From a virus (Duplodnaviria; Caudoviricetes): DNA of 64,000 nucleotides. The position numbers and the translations under genes were made by a program. Under the pieces are notes generated by a model. It saw nothing but the letters and a program-made list of their open reading frames with translations, was not told the DNA's origin and searched no databases. How positions within the stretch are numbered: the stretch's first letter is position 1; every line of letters begins with the position of its first letter. The DNA lies in the IMG/VR virus record IMGVR_UViG_3300033555_000001, positions 32,001 through 96,000 of that record. One strand, given 5' to 3'. This document shows, piece after piece, positions 48,524 through 57,431 of the stretch.

Positions 48524-49035
48524 TTGTTGATTACATTACGGTTCTTGCCACTAAGTTCAAAGGTGTCATTGCGTCTGCCACGGATGCTACAGTGTACGAA
48601 AATATTGTTGTTGACAGTAGTGGGCTGCCCCTTCCGTCAAAAGAAGATCTTGATGCGGCGGTGCGCGTTGCAACACGCGAAGAAATGTGGAAACTAATTC
48701 AGGCCGAGCGAGATAAACGCAGCCAGTCCGGTGGCTACAAGGTTGGCACAAATTGGTTTCACTCAGATCAGGCATCGCGCACGCAGCAAATTGCTCTTGT
48801 CATTCTTGGAGCAGGGTTACCGCCAGGAATTATGTGGAAAACCATGGGCGGTACTTTTGTCACTATGACTCAGCAACTCGCAGGTCAGATTTTTAGCACC
48901 GCCGTGCAAACTGATCAACAGATTTTTGCTGCGGCTGAACAGCACCGCGGTGCAATGGCATCAGTTGCAAATCCAGAAACGTATAACTACAAGACTGGTT
49001 GGCCACAGTCGTACGAAGATTCGCTGGCAGTATGA
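48520..49035 (+). CDS. DUF4376-like tail fibre assembly protein
   Basis: IQAERDKR..GG..V...WFHSD..SR, WKTMGGTFV; ATGA-coupled to the fibre gene. Confidence 0.8.
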   Translation: MIVDYITVLATKFKGVIASATDATVYENIVVDSSGLPLPSKEDLDAAVRVATREEMWKLIQAERDKRSQSGGYKVGTNWFHSDQASRTQQIALVILGAGLPPGIMWKTMGGTFVTMTQQLAGQIFSTAVQTDQQIFAAAEQHRGAMASVANPETYNYKTGWPQSYEDSLAV

Positions 49036-49177
49036 GCCGTTTGAACTAATTTGTTTAAATAGTTCACGCAGTGCAGGATAATTTACTGCGCACAAAGAAT
49101 CCAGAGTATGTGCCAATAAGGTTAGGTGTGTGCTTTATTTTTGCAATTAAATTAGTACGCGTATCAACAGGGTTTAA

Positions 49178-50404
49178 ATGAAATCTTACGGAGAACTTGA
49201 TTTTGAAGGTGGTGGTGGCATTATAGATCTTAGGATTCAGGTTGGCACGGCGTTTCCAACGGGGGTTGAAATAAAGGACGGCTATTTATTTTATCTTAAG
49301 ACCGGCATTATTGCAGATCCTTACGTGTATAGAAATAACACTTGGATTAAAATTCAGGTCAGTGACTTGAATTTAGATCAAGAAGTAAGAGCACTGTTAA
49401 TTCGCGGCGTGCTCTCTAATACCATCACAAATACAGCACAGCAAAAAATACTTCGCACACCAACCGCTGATGTGCCAGGTATGACGCTTACTCCCCGCGC
49501 AGGCTCACACTTAATAACGTTTAACTCGCAATACAAGAGCACCACCAAGGAAATAACCATGCAGGCTGTAGCAGATCTGTTAATGGCGTACACGTATTTG
49601 ATGGCCGTACCAAACACAAACACCACCCATACTGCAACATTTGGCAGCGGAGAAACACTAGACCCAGGCGTGTACCTTGTTGCGGCTGCTGGCTCACTAG
49701 CCGGGGTTTTAACGCTAGACGGCAAAAACAATCCAAACTCCGTGTTTATTTTTAAATTTGGCGGCGCTTTCTCAACAACTGCGACAGCGTCTGTTGTGCT
49801 GATTAACGGTGCGCAAGCGGCAAACGTATATTGGGTTGTTGAGGGTGCTGGCTCGTTAGGCGCCCTAAATAATTTTAAGGGCACTATGTTGGTTCACGAG
49901 GCGGCAGCATCGGCGGCTGACGGGTGTACTATTGAAGGCAGGCTGTTTTCAACGTCTGGAGCTGTTGCAATAACAAACGCAACTATTACTGTCCCGGTAC
50001 TGGGTCCCTTTTCTACACCAAGCTCGGATCTGGGGCTGTTAGAAACCTACGGCATCTTCACTAGCTTGGGCGCGATTTCAAACACTGGTGTAACTTCCAT
50101 AACGGGCGACATTGGCACTAATGGTGGGGCTATTGCAGGTTTTGAAGCTTCGACTATATCCGGCTCGATAACTATTCCTGGGATGAAGGCTGCACTGATT
50201 ACCCTAAGCGTGTATCAAAACAATGTTTTAATTGGTGACTCTGTTAGATTGCTTAATAGTGCTAGTGATGTTGGCGGTGCCGTGGCGCACTTGCAGACTA
50301 CTGCAAATATCCTGGCTGGGCAGAGCATAAGCTTAAAAATACGCGTGTTGTTAGGCGTCATAGAGCTTGGGAACAGAAATTTAACGGCAATAAAATTAGC
50401 GTAA
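49178..50404 (+). CDS. Virion protein with circularly permuted DUF3494 ice-binding domain
   Basis: TLDPGVY, LTLDGKNNPNSVFIF, NGAQAANVYW, EGRLFSTSGAV, followed by YGIFTSLGAISNTGVTSITGDIG; TAAATA at 49056. Confidence 0.8.
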   Translation: MKSYGELDFEGGGGIIDLRIQVGTAFPTGVEIKDGYLFYLKTGIIADPYVYRNNTWIKIQVSDLNLDQEVRALLIRGVLSNTITNTAQQKILRTPTADVPGMTLTPRAGSHLITFNSQYKSTTKEITMQAVADLLMAYTYLMAVPNTNTTHTATFGSGETLDPGVYLVAAAGSLAGVLTLDGKNNPNSVFIFKFGGAFSTTATASVVLINGAQAANVYWVVEGAGSLGALNNFKGTMLVHEAAASAADGCTIEGRLFSTSGAVAITNATITVPVLGPFSTPSSDLGLLETYGIFTSLGAISNTGVTSITGDIGTNGGAIAGFEASTISGSITIPGMKAALITLSVYQNNVLIGDSVRLLNSASDVGGAVAHLQTTANILAGQSISLKIRVLLGVIELGNRNLTAIKLA

Positions 50405-50429
50405 CTAGAAAAGATTAGGAGTTCTAGGT

Positions 50430-51077
50430 ATGAAAAAAATAATCATAAGAGCGTTTTCTAAAGTAGTAACAGCTATTGGCAAGGTAGAGTGGATGTCAAA
50501 GAGCCGGATTTCGGCATCGGATACTGATAAGATAAGAGATTTACTTACATCTAACTATTTTATTATCTTGACCCGTCGTCGCAATCACCTGAGCACGTAC
50601 TTTACTAACCTTGCTGATTTTGTGCTCAGCGGGCGTTGGGGTTACTGGTCGCATGCGCTAATGAACCTGGAAGACGAGGTTAAAAGAGACAGTGACTTTA
50701 AAATTGTGCCACTCTCCAAGACCGCGCTTATAGAGGCAACAAGTGCTGGAGTACATAAGACACCTTTTGAACAGGTGTTTGACGTGCACTCAGCTGTCCT
50801 GATGAAGCCTAAACTGATGCCGCTGGATCATTGGACGTTAATATTAGATCGCGGCAAAGAACAGCTTGGAAAGCCGTACGATACGCTGTTTAATATTGCA
50901 GACGCAAATTCTCTTAGCTGTGTAGAACTGGTACGCTATATATTGCAGGGCGAACCAAACTATGAAATAAATTTTGCTAACTTTGAAGCCCTTATTAAAA
51001 AGAGTAAAAACTTGTCGCCGCAGATGATATTTGACTGTGGTGATTTTGAAGTAGTGTTTGAAACAAGAGTTCGTTAA
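50430..51077 (+). CDS. Permuted papain-like NlpC/P60 (YiiX/YebB) hydrolase
   Basis: WSHA, IEAT, GKPYD, SCVELV (His before Cys). Confidence 0.8.
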   Translation: MKKIIIRAFSKVVTAIGKVEWMSKSRISASDTDKIRDLLTSNYFIILTRRRNHLSTYFTNLADFVLSGRWGYWSHALMNLEDEVKRDSDFKIVPLSKTALIEATSAGVHKTPFEQVFDVHSAVLMKPKLMPLDHWTLILDRGKEQLGKPYDTLFNIADANSLSCVELVRYILQGEPNYEINFANFEALIKKSKNLSPQMIFDCGDFEVVFETRVR

Positions 51078-51493
51078 TGGCAATTAATTACTGCACAGTT
51101 TCAGGTTCAACAATCAACACGTTCTGTAGTCCGCAGCGTGCGGCGGTGCTGGCCAGACTGATTGCAGTACTGCACCCAAGTATTGAGCCGCCGATCTTAC
51201 GGCCCGCACACGTCGGCGGCGGTGGTGGGCTGGCTGGTAACCCGGTACGAAACGCGCCAGCTAATCAGCAAAGGTATGCGAACTACCAGCAGTCACCACG
51301 CTGGGAGCCACCGGTTATTTCACCTGAGAGTGACCGAATTATTGTTACCGCCAAATTTCAGAATTTAAGTGGAACTGATCAGCAAGACGTATTGCAGCGT
51401 TTGGATATTGTGTACGTAACTAACCTGCGTGTTGAAGCTGTCACGGTGGATGTAAATATTAACAACCTCACAGTAAATCATTCTCTAGACTAA
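51077..51493 (+). CDS. Hypothetical protein
   Basis: TAATG-coupled ORF. Confidence 0.55.
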   Translation: MAINYCTVSGSTINTFCSPQRAAVLARLIAVLHPSIEPPILRPAHVGGGGGLAGNPVRNAPANQQRYANYQQSPRWEPPVISPESDRIIVTAKFQNLSGTDQQDVLQRLDIVYVTNLRVEAVTVDVNINNLTVNHSLD

Positions 51494-51494
51494 T

Positions 51495-52163
51495 ATGCTG
51501 ATTACAAACTCTTCCAATAAACTTACCTTTGACGTAAACATTCAAGGTACTGCAGCGCTGCCAACCGTGCGCTGCATGGTAGGAGAATACCCAAGCTTAT
51601 CATTTGACGCAACACGTCTCCCTACTGGCGAGTATGAAGTAATCATAGATTTGCCAGCAAACTTTCGTGTTGGGCCACAGCCGTTTAAAGTCGAGGTGCT
51701 TTTGAACGGGCGGCTGTTTACGCCAATTAATAAAAGCATTGACGTAAGTGCAGGTGATCTGGCGGAAGAGAGTATTCCTGTCCCAGCGCCAAAGCCAGTG
51801 CCGAGCCCGGAACCAATTAAAGAACCAATTAAAGAACCAATTAAAGAACCAACCCCACAACCACCACCAGTTTCCGCAGCAAAAAAAGAGTCGCTGCTTT
51901 CCGCTCTTGAAAATTCAGTTACTGCAAAAAAAGATAAACACACAGCAGTGCCGTCAGTTGCCGTACAGGAATCAATTAAAAAGAAACCAGCACTGGTTAT
52001 CCCAGCGCAGCAAAAGCCAGTGGCGCCAATTAAGTTTACAATGGCTGACATTGCTAATGAATCGTATACCCCAGCGCCTGCAGTAAAGCGGCCAGTAAAA
52101 AGTGCAGAACATACTAAAAATATCCCAGTTACCCTTATCAAGGGTGAGATCATATACCGGTGA
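51495..52163 (+). CDS. Hypothetical protein with Pro/Lys-rich disordered tail
   Basis: Small N-terminal beta domain; EPIK repeats. Confidence 0.6.
   Translation: MLITNSSNKLTFDVNIQGTAALPTVRCMVGEYPSLSFDATRLPTGEYEVIIDLPANFRVGPQPFKVEVLLNGRLFTPINKSIDVSAGDLAEESIPVPAPKPVPSPEPIKEPIKEPIKEPTPQPPPVSAAKKESLLSALENSVTAKKDKHTAVPSVAVQESIKKKPALVIPAQQKPVAPIKFTMADIANESYTPAPAVKRPVKSAEHTKNIPVTLIKGEIIYR
51810..51845. repeat. 12-bp tandem repeat x3 encoding EPIK
   Basis: GAACCAATTAAA repeated three times in frame. Confidence 0.9.
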
Positions 52164-52166
52164 AAC

Positions 52167-52340
52167 ATGAAAACATTAAGCGACAATGTCGTAACTAAAG
52201 AAGATTTACTCGTCCTTACAGCTGAAGTGGCAAAACAGGCAAAGTTACAAATTGAAGAAACAAATAGGGTAAGAATGCTTACTGCTTTATTTTTTCTGGC
52301 TAATTTAGCATTTACTGCTGCGCTGCGCTTTCTGCCATGA
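52167..52340 (+). CDS. Small membrane protein (57 aa)
   Basis: C-terminal hydrophobic helix; read by hand. Confidence 0.45.
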   Translation: MKTLSDNVVTKEDLLVLTAEVAKQAKLQIEETNRVRMLTALFFLANLAFTAALRFLP

Positions 52341-52645
52341 AATTTTTTCTGCCGGCTCTACTACTGCTGGGTAGCTGCACATCCCTTCCTCCCAAGGCAC
52401 CAGGTGCACCAGTCAATACTACTGTGATTTTTAGGACTTGTGAAACGCAGGCCGCAAAAAACTATCCAGTAATAAAGCGATCAGTTCCTCGCAAACGCGC
52501 AAATATCACATGTAACTTGACTGACATCATACGGTGCGATGAGCAACGACACCCACCCGCCGCTCGGTCTGAAGTTGACGTTAATGAAAAACCTCGCCAA
52601 AACTTTATTCTTACTTGCTTAAGAGCAAAACTGAACGGCGCGTAA
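52337..52645 (+). CDS. Putative lipoprotein
   Basis: Lipobox LGSC; paired cysteines. Confidence 0.6.
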   Translation: MKFFLPALLLLGSCTSLPPKAPGAPVNTTVIFRTCETQAAKNYPVIKRSVPRKRANITCNLTDIIRCDEQRHPPAARSEVDVNEKPRQNFILTCLRAKLNGA

Positions 52646-52685
52646 TAGAGGCATTAGGTGACAAATAGCGTTTTGTCACCTCTGT

Positions 52686-52730
52686 ACCGTTACACTTTAA
52701 AATACACTTCTTGGTAATACGTGATATTAT
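52686..52730 (+). promoter_or_regulatory. ACCGTTACA-box promoter
   Basis: ACCGTTACA-N30-TATTAT. Confidence 0.55.
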
Positions 52731-52758
52731 AGCTCTGTCATCCTTATAAGGACACGCT

Positions 52759-52923
52759 ATGAACAAGCTGTATTTTGCCGGAATAATTTATTTCCTATTT
52801 TCCCTGTACAGCGCAGTTACAACCAAGAATTGGTTTGGCGTGGTGGGCTGCATTGGCATGATATTCTTCTGTGCTGCTTGCCTCCACGATCGAACAAAAC
52901 CTCCTTCACCACCAGATTACTAA
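52759..52923 (+). CDS. Small membrane protein (54 aa)
   Basis: AAGGA RBS; two hydrophobic segments; read by hand. Confidence 0.5.
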   Translation: MNKLYFAGIIYFLFSLYSAVTTKNWFGVVGCIGMIFFCAACLHDRTKPPSPPDY

Positions 52924-52992
52924 TATCTAAATACACCAGAATCATATTAAATCGGGTCATCTGGCGCACACATAATTCTTAAAGGTAAAAAC

Positions 52993-53358
52993 GTGAAATT
53001 ATCAGAAATTTTGAATGAAGGTTTTAAGGGCGATTGGGCTATTCTGCCTGCCACAATGACGCTATATGATAAACGCACCGTTGATATTATCCGCGCGGCC
53101 TCCGAATGGACTGAGTGCACTATTTTAGTCTGCCATAATGAAGATGACAGAATCTGTTTTGTTTCGAGTGCAGGAGATGCGTACAAATATTACGCTGGAG
53201 ATGTAGGTAAGTCTTATTCTACACACCACGATCAAACAGGTGTGTCTAAAGGTCGCTACACAATTAAAAATGTTGTGCACTTTTTTGATGGCGAAATTAA
53301 AAACAAAGTCAATGAAGTTGGATTAAAGGAAAAAGCTTCTCTGTCCGTCTTCAAATAA
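52993..53358 (+). CDS. Hypothetical late protein with capsid-targeting-like N-terminus
   Basis: MKLSEILNE; TAAATA at 52928-52933. Confidence 0.55.
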   Translation: MKLSEILNEGFKGDWAILPATMTLYDKRTVDIIRAASEWTECTILVCHNEDDRICFVSSAGDAYKYYAGDVGKSYSTHHDQTGVSKGRYTIKNVVHFFDGEIKNKVNEVGLKEKASLSVFK

Positions 53359-53395
53359 TTTATATTAGGCCAATACCGCGCCAAAAGGATTACTA

Positions 53396-54535
53396 ATGAG
53401 CCAGTTCCCGGTTATTCGCACGCTGAGCGATATCAGCCCTGCTATCGAAAGCAATCATCAAATCAGAGTAAAAGTTGACGACAGCACCGGACATACTGTT
53501 GTTTGCTATATGGTGCAGGACGAGGATACTTTCTCCGGTGATTCGCCTGAGATAGAGCGGGAGTGCCGCGGTATTACTTTTGACAGCGCTGGTAATATTG
53601 CTGCCCGCACCATGCACAAGTTTTTTAATGTTGGCGAGCGGCCAGAGACCATGCCTGATCAGATTGACTGGTCAAAAGTTGATCGAATCATGGAAAAGCG
53701 TGATGGTTCCATGGTGACTCCAGTGCTGACACCACTCGGCCCGTCGCGGTTTAAGTTTAAAACTAAAAAGACTTTTACTTCTCCAGAATCAATTTGCGCG
53801 GACCAGCAGGCAGTATATCAAATTAGATATGACTGGATCGTTGACATGTTGGAGAAAGGATTGACTCCAACCTTTGAAATGACTTCGCCCCGATTTCCAA
53901 TTGTGGTAATGTACAGCGCAGACGAGCTCACACTGCTGCACATCAGAGAAATGGTATCTGGTCGGTATTTGACTGCGGAAGAAATAGTTTTTACGCACCC
54001 GCCGTTTCCAGTTGTAGAAAATATGGTTGCCCAGTTCTGCAGCGAGAGCACACCAAGTCAAGTACAGTGGGAAAAGCTCCGAGTGTTTGCCGAGACTGCC
54101 ACAGGCATGGAAGGCGTTGTTATTCAGTTTCACGGCGGTGAGATGATGAAACTCAAGACTGCTTGGTACATTAGCTTGCACCACTCGGTTGTGTTTACAC
54201 GCTGGAGAGATGTGGCTCGTACTGTGTGCGCTGATCAGGCTGACGATCTCAAAGCTGCATTTACAATGGTGGGGCGTTCAATTGAACCGATCTTGAAAGT
54301 TGAGCGTCGGATTATGAGCGAGATCTCAAATACACAAAACTCTGTAGAAGAACAGGTTAAAATCGGTCGAGCTCTTGATTGGTCGATCAAAGATATGGCA
54401 CTAGCGTTAAGAGATCATCCGCTATTTCCACTGATCATCCGAGAATTTAAGGGTCAAGAGGTAGACTACATGGAACACTATGTTAAAAACTATCTTGATG
54501 ACGGCTGGAGTTTGGAAGTAATTCCTGCTGTTTAA
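53396..54535 (+). CDS. RNA ligase 1 (T4 Rnl1-like)
   Basis: ECRG, HKFFNVGE, motif I EKRDGS, FE, EGVVI, KLKTAWY. Confidence 0.9.
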   Translation: MSQFPVIRTLSDISPAIESNHQIRVKVDDSTGHTVVCYMVQDEDTFSGDSPEIERECRGITFDSAGNIAARTMHKFFNVGERPETMPDQIDWSKVDRIMEKRDGSMVTPVLTPLGPSRFKFKTKKTFTSPESICADQQAVYQIRYDWIVDMLEKGLTPTFEMTSPRFPIVVMYSADELTLLHIREMVSGRYLTAEEIVFTHPPFPVVENMVAQFCSESTPSQVQWEKLRVFAETATGMEGVVIQFHGGEMMKLKTAWYISLHHSVVFTRWRDVARTVCADQADDLKAAFTMVGRSIEPILKVERRIMSEISNTQNSVEEQVKIGRALDWSIKDMALALRDHPLFPLIIREFKGQEVDYMEHYVKNYLDDGWSLEVIPAV

Positions 54536-54570
54536 ACTATATTCAATTTCTTTAATCATTGCAGAAAATC

Positions 54571-55017
54571 ATGAAATCTTTTTTAAAAGCGGTATTATGG
54601 GTTGTTGTTCTTTTTATCGGGGTTATTTTTGCTGCTATTTATGCACAGAAAAAATCGGACGAAGCAGGTGCTAAGAAATATAAAGAGTCTTTTGTGTACG
54701 AACGTAGTTTCAATCCAGCTGATGAAATTTATGTAACTGACTGCATGAAACAGGTCAGTTCGTATTTCTTAACCGGAAATTACATAATGGGATTTGAAAA
54801 ATATTATGTTAAAGTGAAGCGCCACAAGGATGAAGACTATATTTTAGTAGCTATTTCTGGAGCTGAACTTAAAAGATCACGTGTACCCAATGAACTTTTT
54901 ATCGCACCACGCGCTATGGAACCTCAAGCGGGATTATGTATATACCGTGAAGGTACTCAAAATCTTGTTGAGACCCATTACTCAACAGGTGCAAAATGGA
55001 TTGTCAAGCAATATTAA
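54571..55017 (+). CDS. Membrane-anchored hypothetical protein
   Basis: N-terminal TM helix. Confidence 0.55.
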   Translation: MKSFLKAVLWVVVLFIGVIFAAIYAQKKSDEAGAKKYKESFVYERSFNPADEIYVTDCMKQVSSYFLTGNYIMGFEKYYVKVKRHKDEDYILVAISGAELKRSRVPNELFIAPRAMEPQAGLCIYREGTQNLVETHYSTGAKWIVKQY

Positions 55018-55134
55018 AATGATTCCACTACAACGGGTTGTTAAAAAAAAAGAAATCAACAGGAGTTAACACCAGAAAGCTGTTAATAGAAAACGGACAC
55101 ATATTTAACCAGTAGAACTAAGGAAAAATAAGCG

Positions 55135-55404
55135 GTGCGACAGTCAAAATATAGAAGTCTTCAAGAGGCCCTGGCACAAGCGTTCTGGGGATTTATTGTA
55201 TCTTTGGCGCTGCAAATTTTTCTGTCTCACAAATACAACATGCAGATCTCCCTCATGGATAATCTGCACATCACATTCCTGTTCGCGTTCGTGGGCATGG
55301 TTAAAAGCTACTTTGTTCGCCGTTATATGTCTAAGGGCGATCAAAAAGAGCAAATCGCAGAAGTAGATAAGTCGTTACACTCTTCTGACACCGTTACACT
55401 TTAA
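55135..55404 (+). CDS. Small two-TM conserved phage membrane protein
   Basis: QSK..SL.EA...GF.VS...Y.VRR pattern. Confidence 0.6.
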   Translation: MRQSKYRSLQEALAQAFWGFIVSLALQIFLSHKYNMQISLMDNLHITFLFAFVGMVKSYFVRRYMSKGDQKEQIAEVDKSLHSSDTVTL

Positions 55405-55435
55405 AGTGTACTTTCATCCTGAACTGGTATATTAT
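55390..55435 (+). promoter_or_regulatory. ACCGTTACA-box promoter
   Basis: ACCGTTACA-N31-TATTAT containing a GTGTAC -35-like element. Confidence 0.6.
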
Positions 55436-55471
55436 TGTCTCATACGCTGAGAACATGATCAGGAGATAAAA

Positions 55472-55903
55472 TTGAAATCAAAAATCACAGAGCAATCAGT
55501 ATTTCAGATTGAAACCAGTATTGCTCAAATCTCTGCAGCTCGCGCTAAAAATACAGATCCGGCCACGCGCGAGTTCCAGCGCAAGACACTTGAAAATTTA
55601 GAAATCAGGCTGCAGTTCGCTGTCAAAGATCGCAACGCAAAAGCTGAAGAATATTTGCGCGAACATGGCGGTGCAGATTGGTGGCAAGCAATTGCTAAAC
55701 TCTATCCTATTACCTTCAGCGAAGAGCTCTGCAAACACATAGTAACAAGTAAAGCACGAGATTGGGAAGATGAGTTGTGCTGGGAATTTGCTGAAAAATA
55801 CGAGGCAGTTGAAAAAGTGCAGCAGTTAATTGTGTGGCTTAATCAAAATCGTGAACGTGGATTTGGCGATCGCGATGCGGATCTGGTCAAACTTGCGCAG
55901 TAA
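55472..55903 (+). CDS. Hypothetical protein
   Basis: AGGAG RBS, TTG start. Confidence 0.6.
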   Translation: MKSKITEQSVFQIETSIAQISAARAKNTDPATREFQRKTLENLEIRLQFAVKDRNAKAEEYLREHGGADWWQAIAKLYPITFSEELCKHIVTSKARDWEDELCWEFAEKYEAVEKVQQLIVWLNQNRERGFGDRDADLVKLAQ

Positions 55904-55915
55904 CCGGAGAAGAAA

Positions 55916-56134
55916 ATGTATTCGACAAAAGTGGCGTTTGTATTTGTTGTCAATAACAGCAACAGCAAAATTGTCGTGCACGCGCACGATGAAGAAACTG
56001 CGTTTGAGCTAGCGCAGGAACAAGTTGGTGCGGACGGTGGATTTCGTTATAGCCATTGCGTAAGTGGGCCTGGCAACGATGAAAAGTTCGCTGCACAAAC
56101 TGCTCAATTGGAGAACAGCAATGAAACACGGTAA
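55916..56134 (+). CDS. Hypothetical protein
   Basis: GGAG RBS. Confidence 0.5.
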   Translation: MYSTKVAFVFVVNNSNSKIVVHAHDEETAFELAQEQVGADGGFRYSHCVSGPGNDEKFAAQTAQLENSNETR

Positions 56135-56239
56135 ATTTCTGGCTGCGCTCGCACTAATCAGCGCGCTGTGGATTGGGCTGTACTTTCTCGGAATTAACGT
56201 GGTTTCAACAGTTTTTAAGACTTTGTTAGGATCGTAAAG

Positions 56240-56267
56240 TTAAGAGGGGTCAGCAGATCCCTCTTAA
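56240..56267 (+). terminator. Intrinsic terminator
   Basis: TTAAGAGGGG...TCCCTCTTAA followed by a T-rich tract. Confidence 0.65.
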
Positions 56268-56397
56268 TTCTTTTACTAAGCGCTCTACAGATTAAAAATT
56301 CGGTGTGAGCCAGGCAGTTCAGATGACTCTACGTGTAGAACTGTTCAACACACGCTGTCTCTAGAGACCGTTTAGTCAAAGTTATACTGGAATGAAA

Positions 56398-56422
56398 TTA
56401 AGGGAGCCATTGGCTCCCTTAA
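56398..56422. terminator. Intrinsic terminator of phoH
   Basis: TTAAGGGAGCC-ATT-GGCTCCCTTAA. Confidence 0.8.
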
Positions 56423-56443
56423 TTATTTTAGTGCTCTAAGAGA

Positions 56444-57229
56444 TTAAGCCGTGCGAGTACCACTGCTAAACGAATGGCGTGTCCTGCTTACTTGACCGCC
56501 TTTAGTTTGCTGCTCGTCTGGACCGTCCAAATGAGTTAACAACTCACGAACCAGTGCTGAACGCTGAATATCGCTGTGGCCAAACTCAATCACATTGATA
56601 TTTTTCGACCGACCGCGCAAGCGTCGAGTTAACCACTCCAAACCGTTTTCCGGCAATCCTCGCAAATCACTCTGGGTTACGTCGCCGTTGACCACAAACG
56701 TTGAATACTCACCGGCTCGGGTGACAAACAGTTTGATCTGTTCGATGGTGGTATTCTGAGCTTCATCAAGAATTACATACGCATTGTTAAACGTGCGACC
56801 GCGCATATAGGCAAGAGGTGCAAATTCAATTTTACCAGTCTCAAGTAACTTTTTAGCCATGGTAACACCAACAAGCTCCTCAAGTGCGTCAAGCAGCGGA
56901 CGCAGATATGGGCTAATCTTTTCCTCAAACGTGCCAGGTAAGAAACCAAGATTTTCACCGGCTTCGCATACTGGGCGAGTCAGAACAATTTTTGAGACGT
57001 CGTTTGCTAGAAGTTTCTCGACGCCTACGGCCATTGCGAGAAAAGATTTACCTGAGCCAGCCGGCCCGGTACCTATGGTAAGTGCGGATCCACGAAGAGA
57101 TTCAAGATAGAACTCCTGTGAAATTGACTTTGCTTGAAGTTGCGTTTTAAGGCGTATTACTTTTGTACCCTCTTGGTTAATTGGCTGCGGATATTTTTGC
57201 TTGGTGGTTGTGGCGAGCTTACGACCCAT
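56444..57229 (-). CDS. phoH: PhoH-family ATPase
   Basis: GPAGSGKS, LGFLPG, YMRGRTF, ILDEAQN, GDVTQSD; AGGAGG RBS. Confidence 0.95.
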   Translation of the reverse strand: MGRKLATTTKQKYPQPINQEGTKVIRLKTQLQAKSISQEFYLESLRGSALTIGTGPAGSGKSFLAMAVGVEKLLANDVSKIVLTRPVCEAGENLGFLPGTFEEKISPYLRPLLDALEELVGVTMAKKLLETGKIEFAPLAYMRGRTFNNAYVILDEAQNTTIEQIKLFVTRAGEYSTFVVNGDVTQSDLRGLPENGLEWLTRRLRGRSKNINVIEFGHSDIQRSALVRELLTHLDGPDEQQTKGGQVSRTRHSFSSGTRTA

Positions 57230-57431
57230 ACTATCCTCCTAAGGACTGGGTTCACAAACGGCGTCTTCCTAGAGATCTTTCTCCAGGTGACGAACGGGTT
57301 CAACCAGAGGGGCGTCAGGAAAAAGCTGCGACCACAGAATACGGTCGCTCAAAGTTAGGAGTAAGCCCATGATTGTCTCGAGGACAGCCGCGACGTGATG
57401 CGAGGCTGGGGAGTTTGGTTTTAACAAGATA

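Noticed and set aside
17967-51845. 15-bp and 12-bp tandem repeats as CRISPR arrays or phase-variation tracts
   Set aside because: No spacers; units are multiples of 3 inside coding regions, so slippage would not shift frame.
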